Origin: a virus | Taxonomy: Duplodnaviria > Caudoviricetes | Length of the DNA: 64,000 nt | Reading direction: 5' to 3' (one strand) | IMG/VR virus record: IMGVR_UViG_2974770163_000001 | Coordinates: 45,435-109,434 of that record | Part shown: piece after piece, positions 49,153 to 60,460 of the stretch | Layout: each line of letters begins with the position of its first letter | Numbering within the stretch: position 1 is the stretch's first letter | Program-made: the position numbers and the translations under genes | The notes under the pieces: model-generated | Database searches by the model: none | What the model was told of the DNA's origin: nothing | Seen by the model: only the letters and a program-made list of their open reading frames with translations

Positions 49153-51450
49153 TAAAGACCCTTTTGCTCCATCAGACGTAACGCAGCATCGTTGTCAGAG
49201 GCTACTCGTCCACCTGTGGCGCGGTCTAAAATACGCAGCATCTTACGAATACCTGCTTCACGAACTTGAGCACGTTCTACAAGACGTTCCATTTTGCGAT
49301 GAATCAATTTAGGACTTACCATACGACCACCAGCGTATTTAGACGCACGACCCGCCTCATCACGCATACGAATCATTTTTGCGTAGTTAAATACGTTTTG
49401 TGCTTGTTCCGCTGTTAAGCCGTATCCAGTCATTAATCCAGCAATACTAGAAGTGTCTACACCATCTAATTCATCATGGGTGATTAGGTCAGCTTTAGTA
49501 CCTACTAATTGAGTTTCTTGTTTAGTCATTTTTGTTATCCTTAGTTAATTGCGTCAGTTAAAATTGCATGGCTTAAGTGAGCTTCTGCTAGTGCGTCGAA
49601 TAATGCATCATGATAATTCGGTACTAGGTCAAAGTGTTCAATCAAAGACTTAGGAAGATTTGAGAATACCCATTTAGCATATTCTTCAGCATTCTTCACT
49701 AAATACCCGTAGGTTTCTGGACTGAAACGCTGTCTTGCCAACCATTTAAGCGTTCTTGCAGATCCCACTTCTGTAAATCTGTACACCTTATGGTCAGGAA
49801 AGTGCAGATCGAAGATACCCATGTCAAACTCTGGTCCATTTCCTAGTGCGTGAGGTTCCTTACCTAGGTGGCTACGGAAAATTTGTGATACATCTTCGAA
49901 TTGCCTACTTCCGATAAACGACATAGTGTTGCCAGTATTAAATACATCGTTAAGCACAGGACCTACCATAGCGTATAGGGGCTCTGCATTGTTCCAGGTA
50001 CGCAACTGAGACTCTCGTACAGCCTGAGCTATACGTTCAGATGTAAGCCACCAGTTCTCTGTATCTGGGTCTGAGTGAAAATTTCCACTATCAACTTGAG
50101 ACATAACATCCATCTTACCAATAAATAAGTACGGAAGTTCATGCTCTGGTACTATTGCGGCAAACGCAAATGTAGTCATGATAGGAATCAGTCCTGCAAA
50201 TGCTGCTTCTTTAGGTCGAGATCTAGTTTCGATATCTAGAGCTACGACCGCCTTAGTTAATTCTTTCATTATTGTCCTCTTAGTATAAAGAAATCTATCA
50301 AAGACGTGCTCTTTGATAGACATCCTCGTAAGGATTGTCTAATTCATAATGATATTGCTCATCTAACATATCTTCATATTCGGATAAGCAATCATCTAAG
50401 TTAGGTTTCTGGCGAACAAAATCCTTGGCGGAGCGATGTGCTCCACCTCGGTTAAAGTCATGCTTTGCGACTAGGTTTCTGGCGGCGACGGGTTTTGCGT
50501 TTTTCATTATCCTTCTCCTTTAGTGCCTTAGCACGTTTTTCTTCGTCGCGAATACGACGTGTAGTTTCCCACACTTCTTCATGCTTCGCAAACTTAGATT
50601 CAGACACAAACAACTCTTTGTTGCCTGCCTCATCTACAATCCAGACTTTAGCATCTGGAAAGTTCCCCTTGCTCTTAGGCTTAGAGCGTGCAGTACCTTT
50701 AAAACCATCCTTAGACTGTACGTCATTTGGATGAGCTTTCAGGTGGCGAGCCAGACGACGCTCACGATTCTTCTGAGTCGTGATAGCCTTAGTATCAACC
50801 TTAACTTCAACTGCTTTCTTAGGTGCTTTAGCCATAATTTTATTTCCTTTTTGTTGTGCCTAGCTGCAACTAGGCTTTATGAAATACATTTGATTAGTAA
50901 TTTTCTTATTTAATTTATAAGAAATATTATACGTTAAATTTCAGTATTTGGCAAATGAATTTTTAATTTTCTTCGAAATACTTATTGAACATTTCAAATA
51001 CCCTTTCCATACCTTTAGAATGAGAAGAAGCATCACCATATACTCTAGAGGCTAACAGTGCTTTAAATATATCGTCTTTACGTTCTTGTAAAGAACGTGT
51101 ATCTTTTACTGGTGGAGAGGTTAATTTTGCCGGTGGTGGAGTAAACTCCGTTGATGGCTTACGGCTTGCATTCATCGTCCTATATCCTTAGCCTGCTCTT
51201 CTGAGGCAATATATTGATATGCACCTTTATTGTACGCTGGTGCTGTACACAGTTTCTTTCTTTCAATTTCTTCCTGAGCTAAACGTTCACGCTCTTGCAT
51301 TTCAGGATCTTCATATACTGTACTAACCACCTCAGTAGGCTTAAACTCTGGTTTTCCAATCTTTACATTTGATTGCCTGCCACGAGGAGGTGAGTATTTT
51401 GGCTTTCTATCAACTGCGAAAGTTGGAGGAGTATTATACGGCTTTTTCAT
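49152..51450 (-). other. Hypothetical ORFs 49152-49529, 50298-50507, 50458-50835, 50963-51175, 51172-51450
   Basis: Packed ORFs with RBS; promoters at 50926-50954 and 51482-51510. Confidence 0.7.
49541..50323 (-). CDS. DEDDh 3'-5' exonuclease-like protein
   Basis: ALDIET, GNGPEFD, HDALFDA; start probably at MKELTK. Confidence 0.72.
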   Translation of the reverse strand: MSIKEHVFDRFLYTKRTIMKELTKAVVALDIETRSRPKEAAFAGLIPIMTTFAFAAIVPEHELPYLFIGKMDVMSQVDSGNFHSDPDTENWWLTSERIAQAVRESQLRTWNNAEPLYAMVGPVLNDVFNTGNTMSFIGSRQFEDVSQIFRSHLGKEPHALGNGPEFDMGIFDLHFPDHKVYRFTEVGSARTLKWLARQRFSPETYGYLVKNAEEYAKWVFSNLPKSLIEHFDLVPNYHDALFDALAEAHLSHAILTDAIN

Positions 51451-51518
51451 ATTTTTCCTCTTTTCTCAAATTTATGAGACTATTATACAGATATTTGAGA
51501 TATTTTGCAAATGATTTT

Positions 51519-52016
51519 TTAGAAATTTTCCAATTCGATATCTGCGATGGCTGCCTGGTTTAACGCATCTACGAATAGATTCCCCTTCGAGGTGTCATGG
51601 GCCTTAACCCACTCAATTCTAGGTGGCTTAATTAGCGAGTGATACGCCTTGTGGATTTCCTGCCAAAGCTCAGCATTTTCTAACTTCTTATTACCAGCTT
51701 TCTTCCAACCACGAGAACGCCACCCTTCCATCCACTCCATCATACCCCGTTTGGTTAACATGGAGTCAGTATAGATAACGTCAATATGCCAATTAATATC
51801 TGGTAAAGCCTTTAAGAGTTCTAACATGGCTGTCATTTCCATGCGATTGTTTGTAGTATGTTTCTCACCACCCCAGTCTTTCAGCTCAGTACCAAAAGGT
51901 GATGTTGCTATGGTATCTCCATTAAAGATAGCCCATGCCCAACCACCAGGTCCTGGGTTGCCATGACAGCCTCCATCTGTGTAGCCTTGTGCGCTAGGAA
52001 TTTCCCAAGTTTTCAT
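51519..52016 (-). CDS. rnhA: Ribonuclease HI
   Basis: YTDGGC.GNPGPGGW, TTNNRME, TDS, WVKAH, GN..VD. Confidence 0.95.
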   Translation of the reverse strand: MKTWEIPSAQGYTDGGCHGNPGPGGWAWAIFNGDTIATSPFGTELKDWGGEKHTTNNRMEMTAMLELLKALPDINWHIDVIYTDSMLTKRGMMEWMEGWRSRGWKKAGNKKLENAELWQEIHKAYHSLIKPPRIEWVKAHDTSKGNLFVDALNQAAIADIELENF

Positions 52017-52415
52017 TATTGCACCTCAATAAGTTTAAATTCGTGAATAGTTCCCGAAAATTTACCGTCTATAATATCAATTTCATATGCGATGCGATAA
52101 CCTGTTCCCGCTAATAGAGCATTCATCATGCCAACTACACCGGTTTCTATCTCAGAGTGTTTATTCAGTGAACAAACAAAGATCATATCATCAGCATATT
52201 CTAGTGGAATATCTAAGACGAAAGCTGAAGTTACCATTTTTGTAACCCCAATAGGATCTATATCGAGTAGCTGATTAAGCTCGTTTACTACGTCTTGAGG
52301 TAGTATTTGCATTTAATTTTCCTCTGCTAATTAACAATATAAATATTATATAATAAAATTGTGTAATTAAGCAAGTAATTTTATTATATAATAGCCCCCG
52401 TAGGGGCTGTACTAG

Positions 52416-53261
52416 TTAAACTGTAAATGGGTGCTTAATAGGGGGATGTGACTCATAGCCCTCAATGGTGAAATCATCAGGGGTTACCCAAGTCAATACG
52501 TCTTCCAAGGTTTTAATATTAGGATTAATATGTAGCTTAGGAAGATCAAATGGTTCTCTCCAGATCTGTTCATTCATTGTGTCTATCTGATTCTCATAAA
52601 TGTGAGCATTAACAATTTTGTGGTACGCTATGCCTGCTTTGTGACCAGTTATTTGAGCCATAAGGGCGCACAGAACGAAGCATTGGATTTGATTAAACAC
52701 TAGACCAAGTGGTACATCGCAGCTACGCTGGTATGATGTAAGGTATAACACACCATCTAACAAAGAGAAAGTATGGGTGTGCATACACGGTCTTAGGCAT
52801 CCAAGATCAAACTCACCCGGATTCCAGAACGTTACAATCTCACCTCTGTCATCCTTACCCTTCAACAAATCATTATAGACCTTTTGTAACTGGTCAACGC
52901 TTCCGTTAGGAGAAGCCCATTGTCGCCCTTGGACACCATAGACTCTGCCCATGTCCCCATGACCTTTACGGTTTGGATTTGCTAGCCACGCAGCATTATC
53001 ATTAGCATTTGCATGCCAGGTGTTGCAACCAATAGAGGCAAATTGTTCAGCGTTGTCATACCCACGTAAGTAACCTAGGAGTTCGGCTACAGCAGCTTTA
53101 AAGTTTACCTTACGAGTTGTTAGCATTGGGAATTTGTTGTTAGCCACGTCGTACTCTAGATCTGCATTGATTACTGTAAGACAGCCAACACCAGTGCGTT
53201 CGTTAGGGATCATAGTCCCTTCTCTCATTATACGTTTTGCTAAATCTAGATATTGTTTCAT
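52416..53261 (-). CDS. thyA: Thymidylate synthase
   Basis: [30 protein letters not shown]. Confidence 0.96.
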   Translation of the reverse strand: MKQYLDLAKRIMREGTMIPNERTGVGCLTVINADLEYDVANNKFPMLTTRKVNFKAAVAELLGYLRGYDNAEQFASIGCNTWHANANDNAAWLANPNRKGHGDMGRVYGVQGRQWASPNGSVDQLQKVYNDLLKGKDDRGEIVTFWNPGEFDLGCLRPCMHTHTFSLLDGVLYLTSYQRSCDVPLGLVFNQIQCFVLCALMAQITGHKAGIAYHKIVNAHIYENQIDTMNEQIWREPFDLPKLHINPNIKTLEDVLTWVTPDDFTIEGYESHPPIKHPFTV

Positions 53262-53785
53262 TGGGGCTTCCTATAAACGTAGTGTGTTGCTGACTGATCA
53301 GTATGTGGGGCTGGGTCTAATTCTACCTCTGACTCTATTTCTAAGTCTGATAATACATCTGCTAATAGCTCCATATCTAACCAAACATCTGCTGGCATAC
53401 GAGTATGGCTACCAATTAGGGTAGTATATACTGAATCTACCTCTTCAGTCATCATGATAGTTTCTAGTAAGAATGCTCCACCTATACAGGCATACTTAAC
53501 GCCTTCCGGCAAAGCCGTTAATAGATGGGTTAGGGAATTTTCACCTGATATTACTTGCAGATTCCCACCAAACATAGTATCTAACCTACGTTTGACTGCT
53601 GCAGGTAGGGAGTTCCAAGTATTCTTACCTACTACTATGATTCTACCCTCCTCTTTGACGTACTGCAAGGATTCCCAGAATAGGGCTAGTTCTTCGGGGT
53701 AACTGCCCCAAGGCAGCTTCCCTTCATTTCCGAACTCACCATCTACCCCTACAGCAAAATGCAGGGAGAATGTTGCGTCTCTCAT
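53258..53785 (-). CDS. dfr: Dihydrofolate reductase
   Basis: [21 protein letters not shown]; coupled to thyA. Confidence 0.9.
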   Translation of the reverse strand: MRDATFSLHFAVGVDGEFGNEGKLPWGSYPEELALFWESLQYVKEEGRIIVVGKNTWNSLPAAVKRRLDTMFGGNLQVISGENSLTHLLTALPEGVKYACIGGAFLLETIMMTEEVDSVYTTLIGSHTRMPADVWLDMELLADVLSDLEIESEVELDPAPHTDQSATHYVYRKPQ

Positions 53786-54888
53786 TACATTAAGTCCCCT
53801 AAACCAGCCCAATCATCACTAGAACCTTGAGTAGTTTGACCCACACGATATGACGTTACTGAAGTCTCTTGCGGAGCTACTTGGAAACGGTCTGGATCTA
53901 GGTAGTTATCCATAAACAGTAATGGGTTTTGCGGTACAATTTCCATACCATTTGGCATATCAATACCTAAGAAATGGAATGATACATAACCAATGTGGAA
54001 TAAGTAGTACTGTAGTTCCTCAGCACTCTGCAATTTACTTAATGAACGACCATCACGTAAGATGTAGTTACCCCATGCAATTTCACGCTGTACTACATTC
54101 CATAGTATTGTAGGTGCTTTCTCCATTACTTCCTCAACTAAATGAGGTTTCATTTGAGACATGTGGATCAGAATAACTTCTTTACTCATATGAGTGTGCA
54201 ATGCTTCGTCTTTAGCGATTAATTGCAAGTTATTAGCGATACCCGTAAACACATCCTCTTCTGCTAAAGCGAAAGTACATGCAAATGAAGCGTAGAACTG
54301 AATTGATTCTAGGGCATAAATATGTAAGTATGCTTCTAGGATCATTTGCTGCATTTGTTCAAAGTGGGATTTAGATGGATTTTCAGTGTCTTCCCAGTTA
54401 CGTGCTGCTCTATATAATTCATCAAAGAATCCAACTGCACCTGCAATACGCTCGAATGCTTCTTGGTTATCAACAATAGAACGAATGAATAGTGCTGGAT
54501 CTGGTAAAACAGTTTGGATAATGTTAGAATATGCACGACTATGAATATTCTCAAAATATCCCCATTCCTTGATCATACCCTCTAGCTCTGGACGACTAAC
54601 TAAAGGAGCAATGGATGCTTCCGGTGCACGTGCGATAAAACTATCGGTCATAGTCTGCCAAGCTAAGTTCTCTAGCGTGATTAGGCGGTAGCTTTCTGGT
54701 ACTTGAGGCCACATCTTAGTGTCGTCAGCCATCTTAACTTCTGTCTCAATCCAGTACTGAGAACGTTGTTTCAATGCTAATTCTTCTAAACGTGGGTGTG
54801 CAATATTAATAAAGTCAGCTAGACCAACTTTTTGGGACAGGAATAATGTAGGATCAGATGAATCCCAAGATAGATTTAATAAACTCAT
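53785..54888 (-). CDS. nrdB: Ribonucleotide reductase class Ia beta subunit
   Basis: ENIHSRAY, LESIQFYASFA, DEALH, APQE. Confidence 0.95.
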   Translation of the reverse strand: MSLLNLSWDSSDPTLFLSQKVGLADFINIAHPRLEELALKQRSQYWIETEVKMADDTKMWPQVPESYRLITLENLAWQTMTDSFIARAPEASIAPLVSRPELEGMIKEWGYFENIHSRAYSNIIQTVLPDPALFIRSIVDNQEAFERIAGAVGFFDELYRAARNWEDTENPSKSHFEQMQQMILEAYLHIYALESIQFYASFACTFALAEEDVFTGIANNLQLIAKDEALHTHMSKEVILIHMSQMKPHLVEEVMEKAPTILWNVVQREIAWGNYILRDGRSLSKLQSAEELQYYLFHIGYVSFHFLGIDMPNGMEIVPQNPLLFMDNYLDPDRFQVAPQETSVTSYRVGQTTQGSSDDWAGLGDLM

Positions 54889-54960
54889 GAATTTTCTCCA
54901 ATTTGAAAACGTAAAAGCATTCTACACCAAAATGATGTAGAATGCAAGTGAAATTTTTAA

Positions 54961-57345
54961 TTACAGGGAGCAACCACCACTTGAACAGCTTTGAGTTTCT
55001 ACTTCATGAGAAGAACCACCGTTAGCCGCATTAAACCATGCGTAGTACATAGATTTCCAGCCATATCTATGCGCTAGAATCATATGCTTAACTACTTCGG
55101 TCACTGGAATCTTACCACCCGGGTAGTCGTCATAAACGTACCATTGGTCGGCACTAATAGATTGACTGAACCATTTCTGTACAACCCCCACGAATTTAAT
55201 CCATTCAACCTTGTCAATGTCGAAAGCGTATTTATACACTGACTCGTCTACTTCACCACTAGTTACACCATAAGCTACTTGAGGAACCATGTTGATTCCG
55301 CTTTTCTTAATAACTACGATATCGCGGATTGGGTTGATACTGTTTGATACGCCCAATACTACAGAGGAGGATTCTCCAGGCATTTGTGCGGTAAGTACAG
55401 AGTTACGCATACCATGCTCTAAAATCTCTGCACGTAATGCTTCCCAGTCGTGCTGTAAGCCAACTGTAACTAGCTCATCAACAGTTTTCTTATATGTATC
55501 AACTACTAAGATTCCCTTAGCTGGAGCTGTGTAGTCAAACCATTCAGCTTTACCACGTTCTTTAGCTAATTGAACAGATGCTTTATGTAGGTAGAAAGCA
55601 TGGTCTTCCATCTCCCTATGCATCCAGTTTCTAGCTTCAACTCCCTCGAATTGTAAGCCCTCTTTAGCCATCGCACCCGCAGCGTTCATAACACCGATAC
55701 CTACGTTTCTACGAGCTTTAGCCGTAAATTCCATAGCTGGGAATGTATAGTCTTGGATCTCAATAATAGAGTCTACGAATTTAAGAAGAATGTAGTATAC
55801 ACGTTCTTTTTCCCAAGGCTGGCAGCTACCTAAAACAAAACCACCTAAGTTACAAAGAGAGACTTCTCCGTTCTCTCCAGGTTTTGAGCCTGCAAGTTGT
55901 TCAGAAGTCTTATACAAGTCTACTACATGGTTAAATGCATAAGTTGGTTGGTTGATCTCAACACATAAGTTACTCATCTTAATAGGTTCTAAGAAGTTAC
56001 TATGAGAGTTTGTGTTGTCCATAAATTGGAAATACAGACGACCAGTTTCCATACGGACTGCAATGGCTGTGCTCAATAATTCAGCAGCAGGTAGTACTTC
56101 AACAACTGGGATTTGTGATCCACCTTTACCAATCTTAGTCTTACCGGCTAAACGTTTCTCCGCAGCTTCGTATACTTCTCTAAAGTGATTAATGTCACCG
56201 TCTGGGTGAACGAATGCGTCGAATACCTCTGGTGCATAGAAGATGCTCATCAGAGTAATGTTCTGACCTTTAATAGCACGCTCTAGGACTAATCCATTGA
56301 ACTGGATCAAGAAGTCACTTTTATCTAGACGATCTTCTGCTGCCGAACGTTGAGACTTGGATGCAATGATCTTAAGAACTTCTGCATCGAAGAATGGGAC
56401 GTTGGCTGTCATGCTTCCACCACGAGTTTGTTGGGTGTTAGCTTGAGTGGAGATTAATGCATGTCTTAAGTAAGGGATTTTACCTGTACTTACAAATGAA
56501 CCATTACGGATTGGGTCACCTGTTGCACGACTACGTAGTAAATACCCAATACCTGCGCGTGCTGCAACCATCTTGAATACGATATGTTCTGCTGCATCAA
56601 TACTGTCTAGCGTATCAGCTGCTTCCATTAAGCAACATGAGGCAAAACCTTTATCTGGAGTACGTAAACCAACTAGAGGTGGGGTAGGTACGTTAATTTT
56701 ATGTAAGCTAAATGCATTATATAACTCAATGATTTCTGTTAAAGACCAGTCCCCCGTTCTAGCGATTGCCATTGCCATACCCATGTATGTAAACTGTGGT
56801 GTTTCATAGATTTCATCAGTATGGATGTTACGACGTGCATACTTATCTGCGAACTGTTTCAGACCTGAATAACTAAATTTATGATCTCGTGTATGATCAA
56901 TGGCTTCTTCTAGGTGGGGCCAGTAGTGATCTGGAATCCAAGGCATTTCTTCCCAAACGCCTAAATCCATTAAGTGAGATGCCCAACCACGTAATGATGG
57001 TGGCTCAAAGGAGTCATATACTGACTTACGTAGACGTGCTAAGTAAAGTTCTCGTGCTGCAATATCAAACTCTGGATTCATTTTAACTAATGACTCAGCG
57101 GAACGAATTAAAAGATCCTGTAAATCATCTGAGTCTATAGTACTTTTAGTGGTAAAACGAAGTGCGCTACGTACAATCTGTTTCCAGTCTGCTGTAGCTG
57201 TCTTTTGGCAAGCCCATTCTGCCCAGCCATCTAGCTTAACAATATCAAACGGCTCGATGAAGCCATCGCGTTTACGGACGAATTGAACGTTGCCCAAACG
57301 TGTAGTTGTTGCAGGTTTCTTTAAAAAATGATCTACGCCAGCCAT
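54961..57345 (-). CDS. nrdA: Ribonucleotide reductase class Ia alpha subunit
   Basis: ATP-cone VRKRDG, ASCC, SNLCVEI, LCNL, C-terminal CSSGGC. Confidence 0.96.
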   Translation of the reverse strand: MAGVDHFLKKPATTTRLGNVQFVRKRDGFIEPFDIVKLDGWAEWACQKTATADWKQIVRSALRFTTKSTIDSDDLQDLLIRSAESLVKMNPEFDIAARELYLARLRKSVYDSFEPPSLRGWASHLMDLGVWEEMPWIPDHYWPHLEEAIDHTRDHKFSYSGLKQFADKYARRNIHTDEIYETPQFTYMGMAMAIARTGDWSLTEIIELYNAFSLHKINVPTPPLVGLRTPDKGFASCCLMEAADTLDSIDAAEHIVFKMVAARAGIGYLLRSRATGDPIRNGSFVSTGKIPYLRHALISTQANTQQTRGGSMTANVPFFDAEVLKIIASKSQRSAAEDRLDKSDFLIQFNGLVLERAIKGQNITLMSIFYAPEVFDAFVHPDGDINHFREVYEAAEKRLAGKTKIGKGGSQIPVVEVLPAAELLSTAIAVRMETGRLYFQFMDNTNSHSNFLEPIKMSNLCVEINQPTYAFNHVVDLYKTSEQLAGSKPGENGEVSLCNLGGFVLGSCQPWEKERVYYILLKFVDSIIEIQDYTFPAMEFTAKARRNVGIGVMNAAGAMAKEGLQFEGVEARNWMHREMEDHAFYLHKASVQLAKERGKAEWFDYTAPAKGILVVDTYKKTVDELVTVGLQHDWEALRAEILEHGMRNSVLTAQMPGESSSVVLGVSNSINPIRDIVVIKKSGINMVPQVAYGVTSGEVDESVYKYAFDIDKVEWIKFVGVVQKWFSQSISADQWYVYDDYPGGKIPVTEVVKHMILAHRYGWKSMYYAWFNAANGGSSHEVETQSCSSGGCSL

Positions 57346-57364
57346 TCTCTTTTCCTTATCGGTT

Positions 57365-57393
57365 AAAAAGCCAGACCTTTTACAGTCTGGCTT
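57365..57393 (-). terminator. Intrinsic terminator
   Basis: AAGCCAGAC/GTCTGGCTT with T run on minus strand. Confidence 0.8.
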
Positions 57394-57510
57394 GAGTTAA
57401 ATTCCTGCGCCCTCCGAGGGTACAGTCTAGGTTGTTAAAGTGTTACGTGTGGATAAAAGTCCATGTCTGGATGCTCATCGAACATTGTCTATACGCCCCA
57501 GTTCTCTTCA

Positions 57511-58230
57511 TTAAGCATTGATTAATCCTTCTGAGTAGAATATATCATAGAATGCTGATGATTCTCGAGATCTAACGTTCTCTTCCAGCTCAATATGCCT
57601 GAATGGAGTATACTCGTACTTATCTTTAATGTCCATTAGCATCTTGAGTCCAGATTTACCGTGTAGGTCTTTCTGAGCAATATCACCACAGATAATCATT
57701 CGGCAGTCTTCCCCAATACGGGTTAGAATAGCGATCATAGCTTCTGGAGTAATATTCTGTGCTTCATCAACAATTACGAAACAGTTATTAAAGGTACGTC
57801 CTCTTACGTGTTCGACAGCGACAAATTGAATTCGTTCATCTTTGAAAAGACCTTCGTATCCGTATTTACCGATTGCCCACACAATCCCATCTTTGATAGG
57901 CACTAACCAAGGCTCTAGTTTTTCCTTGAGGTCTCCGGGCAGCATACCCAGTGACTTACCAAGTGGTTCATTTGGTCTAATTAAAACAACGCGCTCAAAC
58001 GGAGATTTGTGTTTGTATAATTCTTGTGCTGCTAGGACAGCAGGAATAAAGGTCTTACCAGTACCTGGCTTACCTGTACAAACTACTACGGTTGAGTTCT
58101 TAATAGCATTGATGTAAGATTTCTGTTCAGAGTTCTTTGGTACTAAAGTCTTATCCGAACCTAATCTTCCACAGGATGTTGTTTGATCAACGTCCTTTTG
58201 CTTTTTACGTTCTTTCTTTGGTTTTGCCAT
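57511..58230 (-). CDS. phoH: PhoH-like ATPase
   Basis: GKPGTGKT, G.LPGDL.EK, RGRTF, DEAQN, TRIGE, GD..QKD; AGGAG before MAKPKK. Confidence 0.93.
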   Translation of the reverse strand: MAKPKKERKKQKDVDQTTSCGRLGSDKTLVPKNSEQKSYINAIKNSTVVVCTGKPGTGKTFIPAVLAAQELYKHKSPFERVVLIRPNEPLGKSLGMLPGDLKEKLEPWLVPIKDGIVWAIGKYGYEGLFKDERIQFVAVEHVRGRTFNNCFVIVDEAQNITPEAMIAILTRIGEDCRMIICGDIAQKDLHGKSGLKMLMDIKDKYEYTPFRHIELEENVRSRESSAFYDIFYSEGLINA

Positions 58231-58428
58231 TTGCACTCCTTTATGCACGCAGAGGAATATGAGATATATTCTTGCTTTTTTCCACTTTACATACATATTA
58301 TAGCTTAAATCGTGGCAAATTGCAAGTAGAATTTTTAATTCCGACTGTCGGCTTGAATTCTTTCCTTTATTATAACGTGCACGCGTACATATAACATAGT
58401 TTTCAAGGGCTTGTCAAGAAAATTTTTT

Positions 58429-58498
58429 GTTAATAAAATGTTACCACCTGTAACAATTAAAAACTTCATTTGACCTTTACAGTGATTTGTAGTATAAT
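58429..58498 (+). promoter_or_regulatory. nrdD promoter with upstream ArcA-like box
   Basis: TTGACC-17-TATAAT (58470-58498); GTTAATAAAATGTTA (58429-58443). Confidence 0.65.
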
Positions 58499-58523
58499 AG
58501 TAGGATTAATTGGAGGAATGTAT

Positions 58524-60395
58524 ATGAACGATAAACTAAATAAAATGCTAGAGAATGTTCGAGGTATATTATCGAGTTCAGCTAGCGATGAATTGCTATT
58601 TAATAATGCTAACAAGCCTTCCGAGCGGTTCCCCACGCAACGAGATATGATTGCCGGAGAAGTGAGTAAATATCTGTTGTCAGAAATGTTACCACGTAAT
58701 ATCTGGGATGCTCATGAACGTGGTGAGATTCACTTCCACGATGCTGACTACTCGGCTATGGGCATGACTAACTGTTGTCTAGTAGATCTAGAAGGGATGT
58801 TGAGGGATGGTTTACGTGTTGGGAATGCTAATATTGAAACGCCTAAGTCAATCGGAACAGCAGTGGCGATCACTGCACAGATTATTGCACAAGTTTCTAG
58901 CCATCAATATGGTGGTACTTCTATAGACAGATTTGACGAAGTATTATCGACCTATGTACGTAAGTCCTATGATAAAAATCATGCATTTGCTAGGCGTTGG
59001 ACTAAAGATGAAGCTAAAGCATCTGTAATGGCTACTGAAATGACTGAGAAAAACGTTGAAGATGCTATGCAGGGTTTCGAATATGAAGTCAATACACTCT
59101 TCAACAGTAATGGTCAGTCCCCTTTCATTACAATAGGTTTTGGTTTGGGTACTAGTTGGGAAGCTAGAATGGTTCAGAAACATCTGTTATTAACACGCAT
59201 GCGAGGTCTAGGTGCTGGTAAACATACTGCTATATTCCCTAAGCTGGTATTTGTTCTTAAACAGGGGCTGAATATGAAGCCTGGTGATGTTAACTACGAT
59301 ATTAAACAGCTAGCAATGAAATGTACTTCTCAGCGTATGTACCCTGACTACATCAGCTATGAGAAGCTCGTGGAAGTAACTGGTGACTACAAGGTTAGTA
59401 TGGGTTGTAGATCCTTTCTTTCAGCTATTGAGTCTGGTGAGATATCAGGACGTAACAACCTAGGAGTTGTATCAATAAATCTGCCTAGAATAGCTATGGA
59501 GTCTGAGGGTAACTTTGACGAATTCTTTGTTATCTTAGGTGAACGTCTTAGACTAGCTGCTCTAGCTCAGAAATGGCGTATTGCGCATCTAGCAAATGTA
59601 CAGGCTAAGTCTGCTCCAATCCTATATATGTATGGAGGTTTTGGACTAAGACTAGATCCAGATGAATATGTTTTAGAACACCTACGTGGTCGTGCGTCTA
59701 TTTCTATGGGTTATATAGGCTGCCATGAAATGTTGCAGGTTATGTATGGTGAGTGTGTAGATACATTAGCACCTGAATGTGTTAGCTTTGTTCAAGATGT
59801 TCTTGAAGTAATGTCAACATACTGTGAAGAACTCAGGAACGAAACTGGATTTGGGTTTAGTCTTTATGCTACCCCATCTGAGTCTCTGTGTGATAGGTTT
59901 AACCGTATAGACAGAGAAGTTTTCCCCGAATACCATTGGTTATTTGAAAAAGGATATTATACCAATAGTCACCACCTAAGTGTGGATAGAAAGGTAGCTC
60001 CTGATGTCAAATTTGATTTTGAATCTAACTTTACTAGTATTGCTAGTGGCGGCTGTATTTCTTATGTAGAACTTCCTGATATGAAGAAGTTTCCTCAAGG
60101 TCTAGAATGGGTGATTGATTACGCTGCAAGCAAGGTGCACTACTTCGGTATTAATACCCCAGTGGACTCATGTGATGCTTGTGGGTTCATGGGTGAGACA
60201 GTACCTACTGAAAATGGGTTCACATGCCCATCTTGTGGTAACCATGACCCTGACAAGCTAGAAATTACTAGACGTGTCTGTGGGTACTTAGGTAATCCTG
60301 GTAGTCGTCCATTTAATCCTGGTAAGCAGCACGAGGTTATGGATAGGGTTAAGCATGCCGATGTTCGCAAAGGAAAGGTGCAAGTAAAGAAATAA
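58524..60395 (+). CDS. nrdD: Anaerobic (class III) ribonucleotide reductase
   Basis: NANK, HFHD, TNCC, MGCRS, CxxC/CxxC, RRVCGYLG; GGAGG before MNDKL. Confidence 0.96.
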   Translation: MNDKLNKMLENVRGILSSSASDELLFNNANKPSERFPTQRDMIAGEVSKYLLSEMLPRNIWDAHERGEIHFHDADYSAMGMTNCCLVDLEGMLRDGLRVGNANIETPKSIGTAVAITAQIIAQVSSHQYGGTSIDRFDEVLSTYVRKSYDKNHAFARRWTKDEAKASVMATEMTEKNVEDAMQGFEYEVNTLFNSNGQSPFITIGFGLGTSWEARMVQKHLLLTRMRGLGAGKHTAIFPKLVFVLKQGLNMKPGDVNYDIKQLAMKCTSQRMYPDYISYEKLVEVTGDYKVSMGCRSFLSAIESGEISGRNNLGVVSINLPRIAMESEGNFDEFFVILGERLRLAALAQKWRIAHLANVQAKSAPILYMYGGFGLRLDPDEYVLEHLRGRASISMGYIGCHEMLQVMYGECVDTLAPECVSFVQDVLEVMSTYCEELRNETGFGFSLYATPSESLCDRFNRIDREVFPEYHWLFEKGYYTNSHHLSVDRKVAPDVKFDFESNFTSIASGGCISYVELPDMKKFPQGLEWVIDYAASKVHYFGINTPVDSCDACGFMGETVPTENGFTCPSCGNHDPDKLEITRRVCGYLGNPGSRPFNPGKQHEVMDRVKHADVRKGKVQVKK

Positions 60396-60460
60396 ATTTC
60401 TTGCTTAATAGCTCTCGTTTTGGTATAATATCTATAAATTAACTAAAGCGAGGGTTTATC

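Noticed and set aside
28689-49335. Additional Chi octamers near 28689, 38136 and 49328
   Set aside because: Inside minus-strand genes where they encode Ala-Gly-Gly; explained by coding
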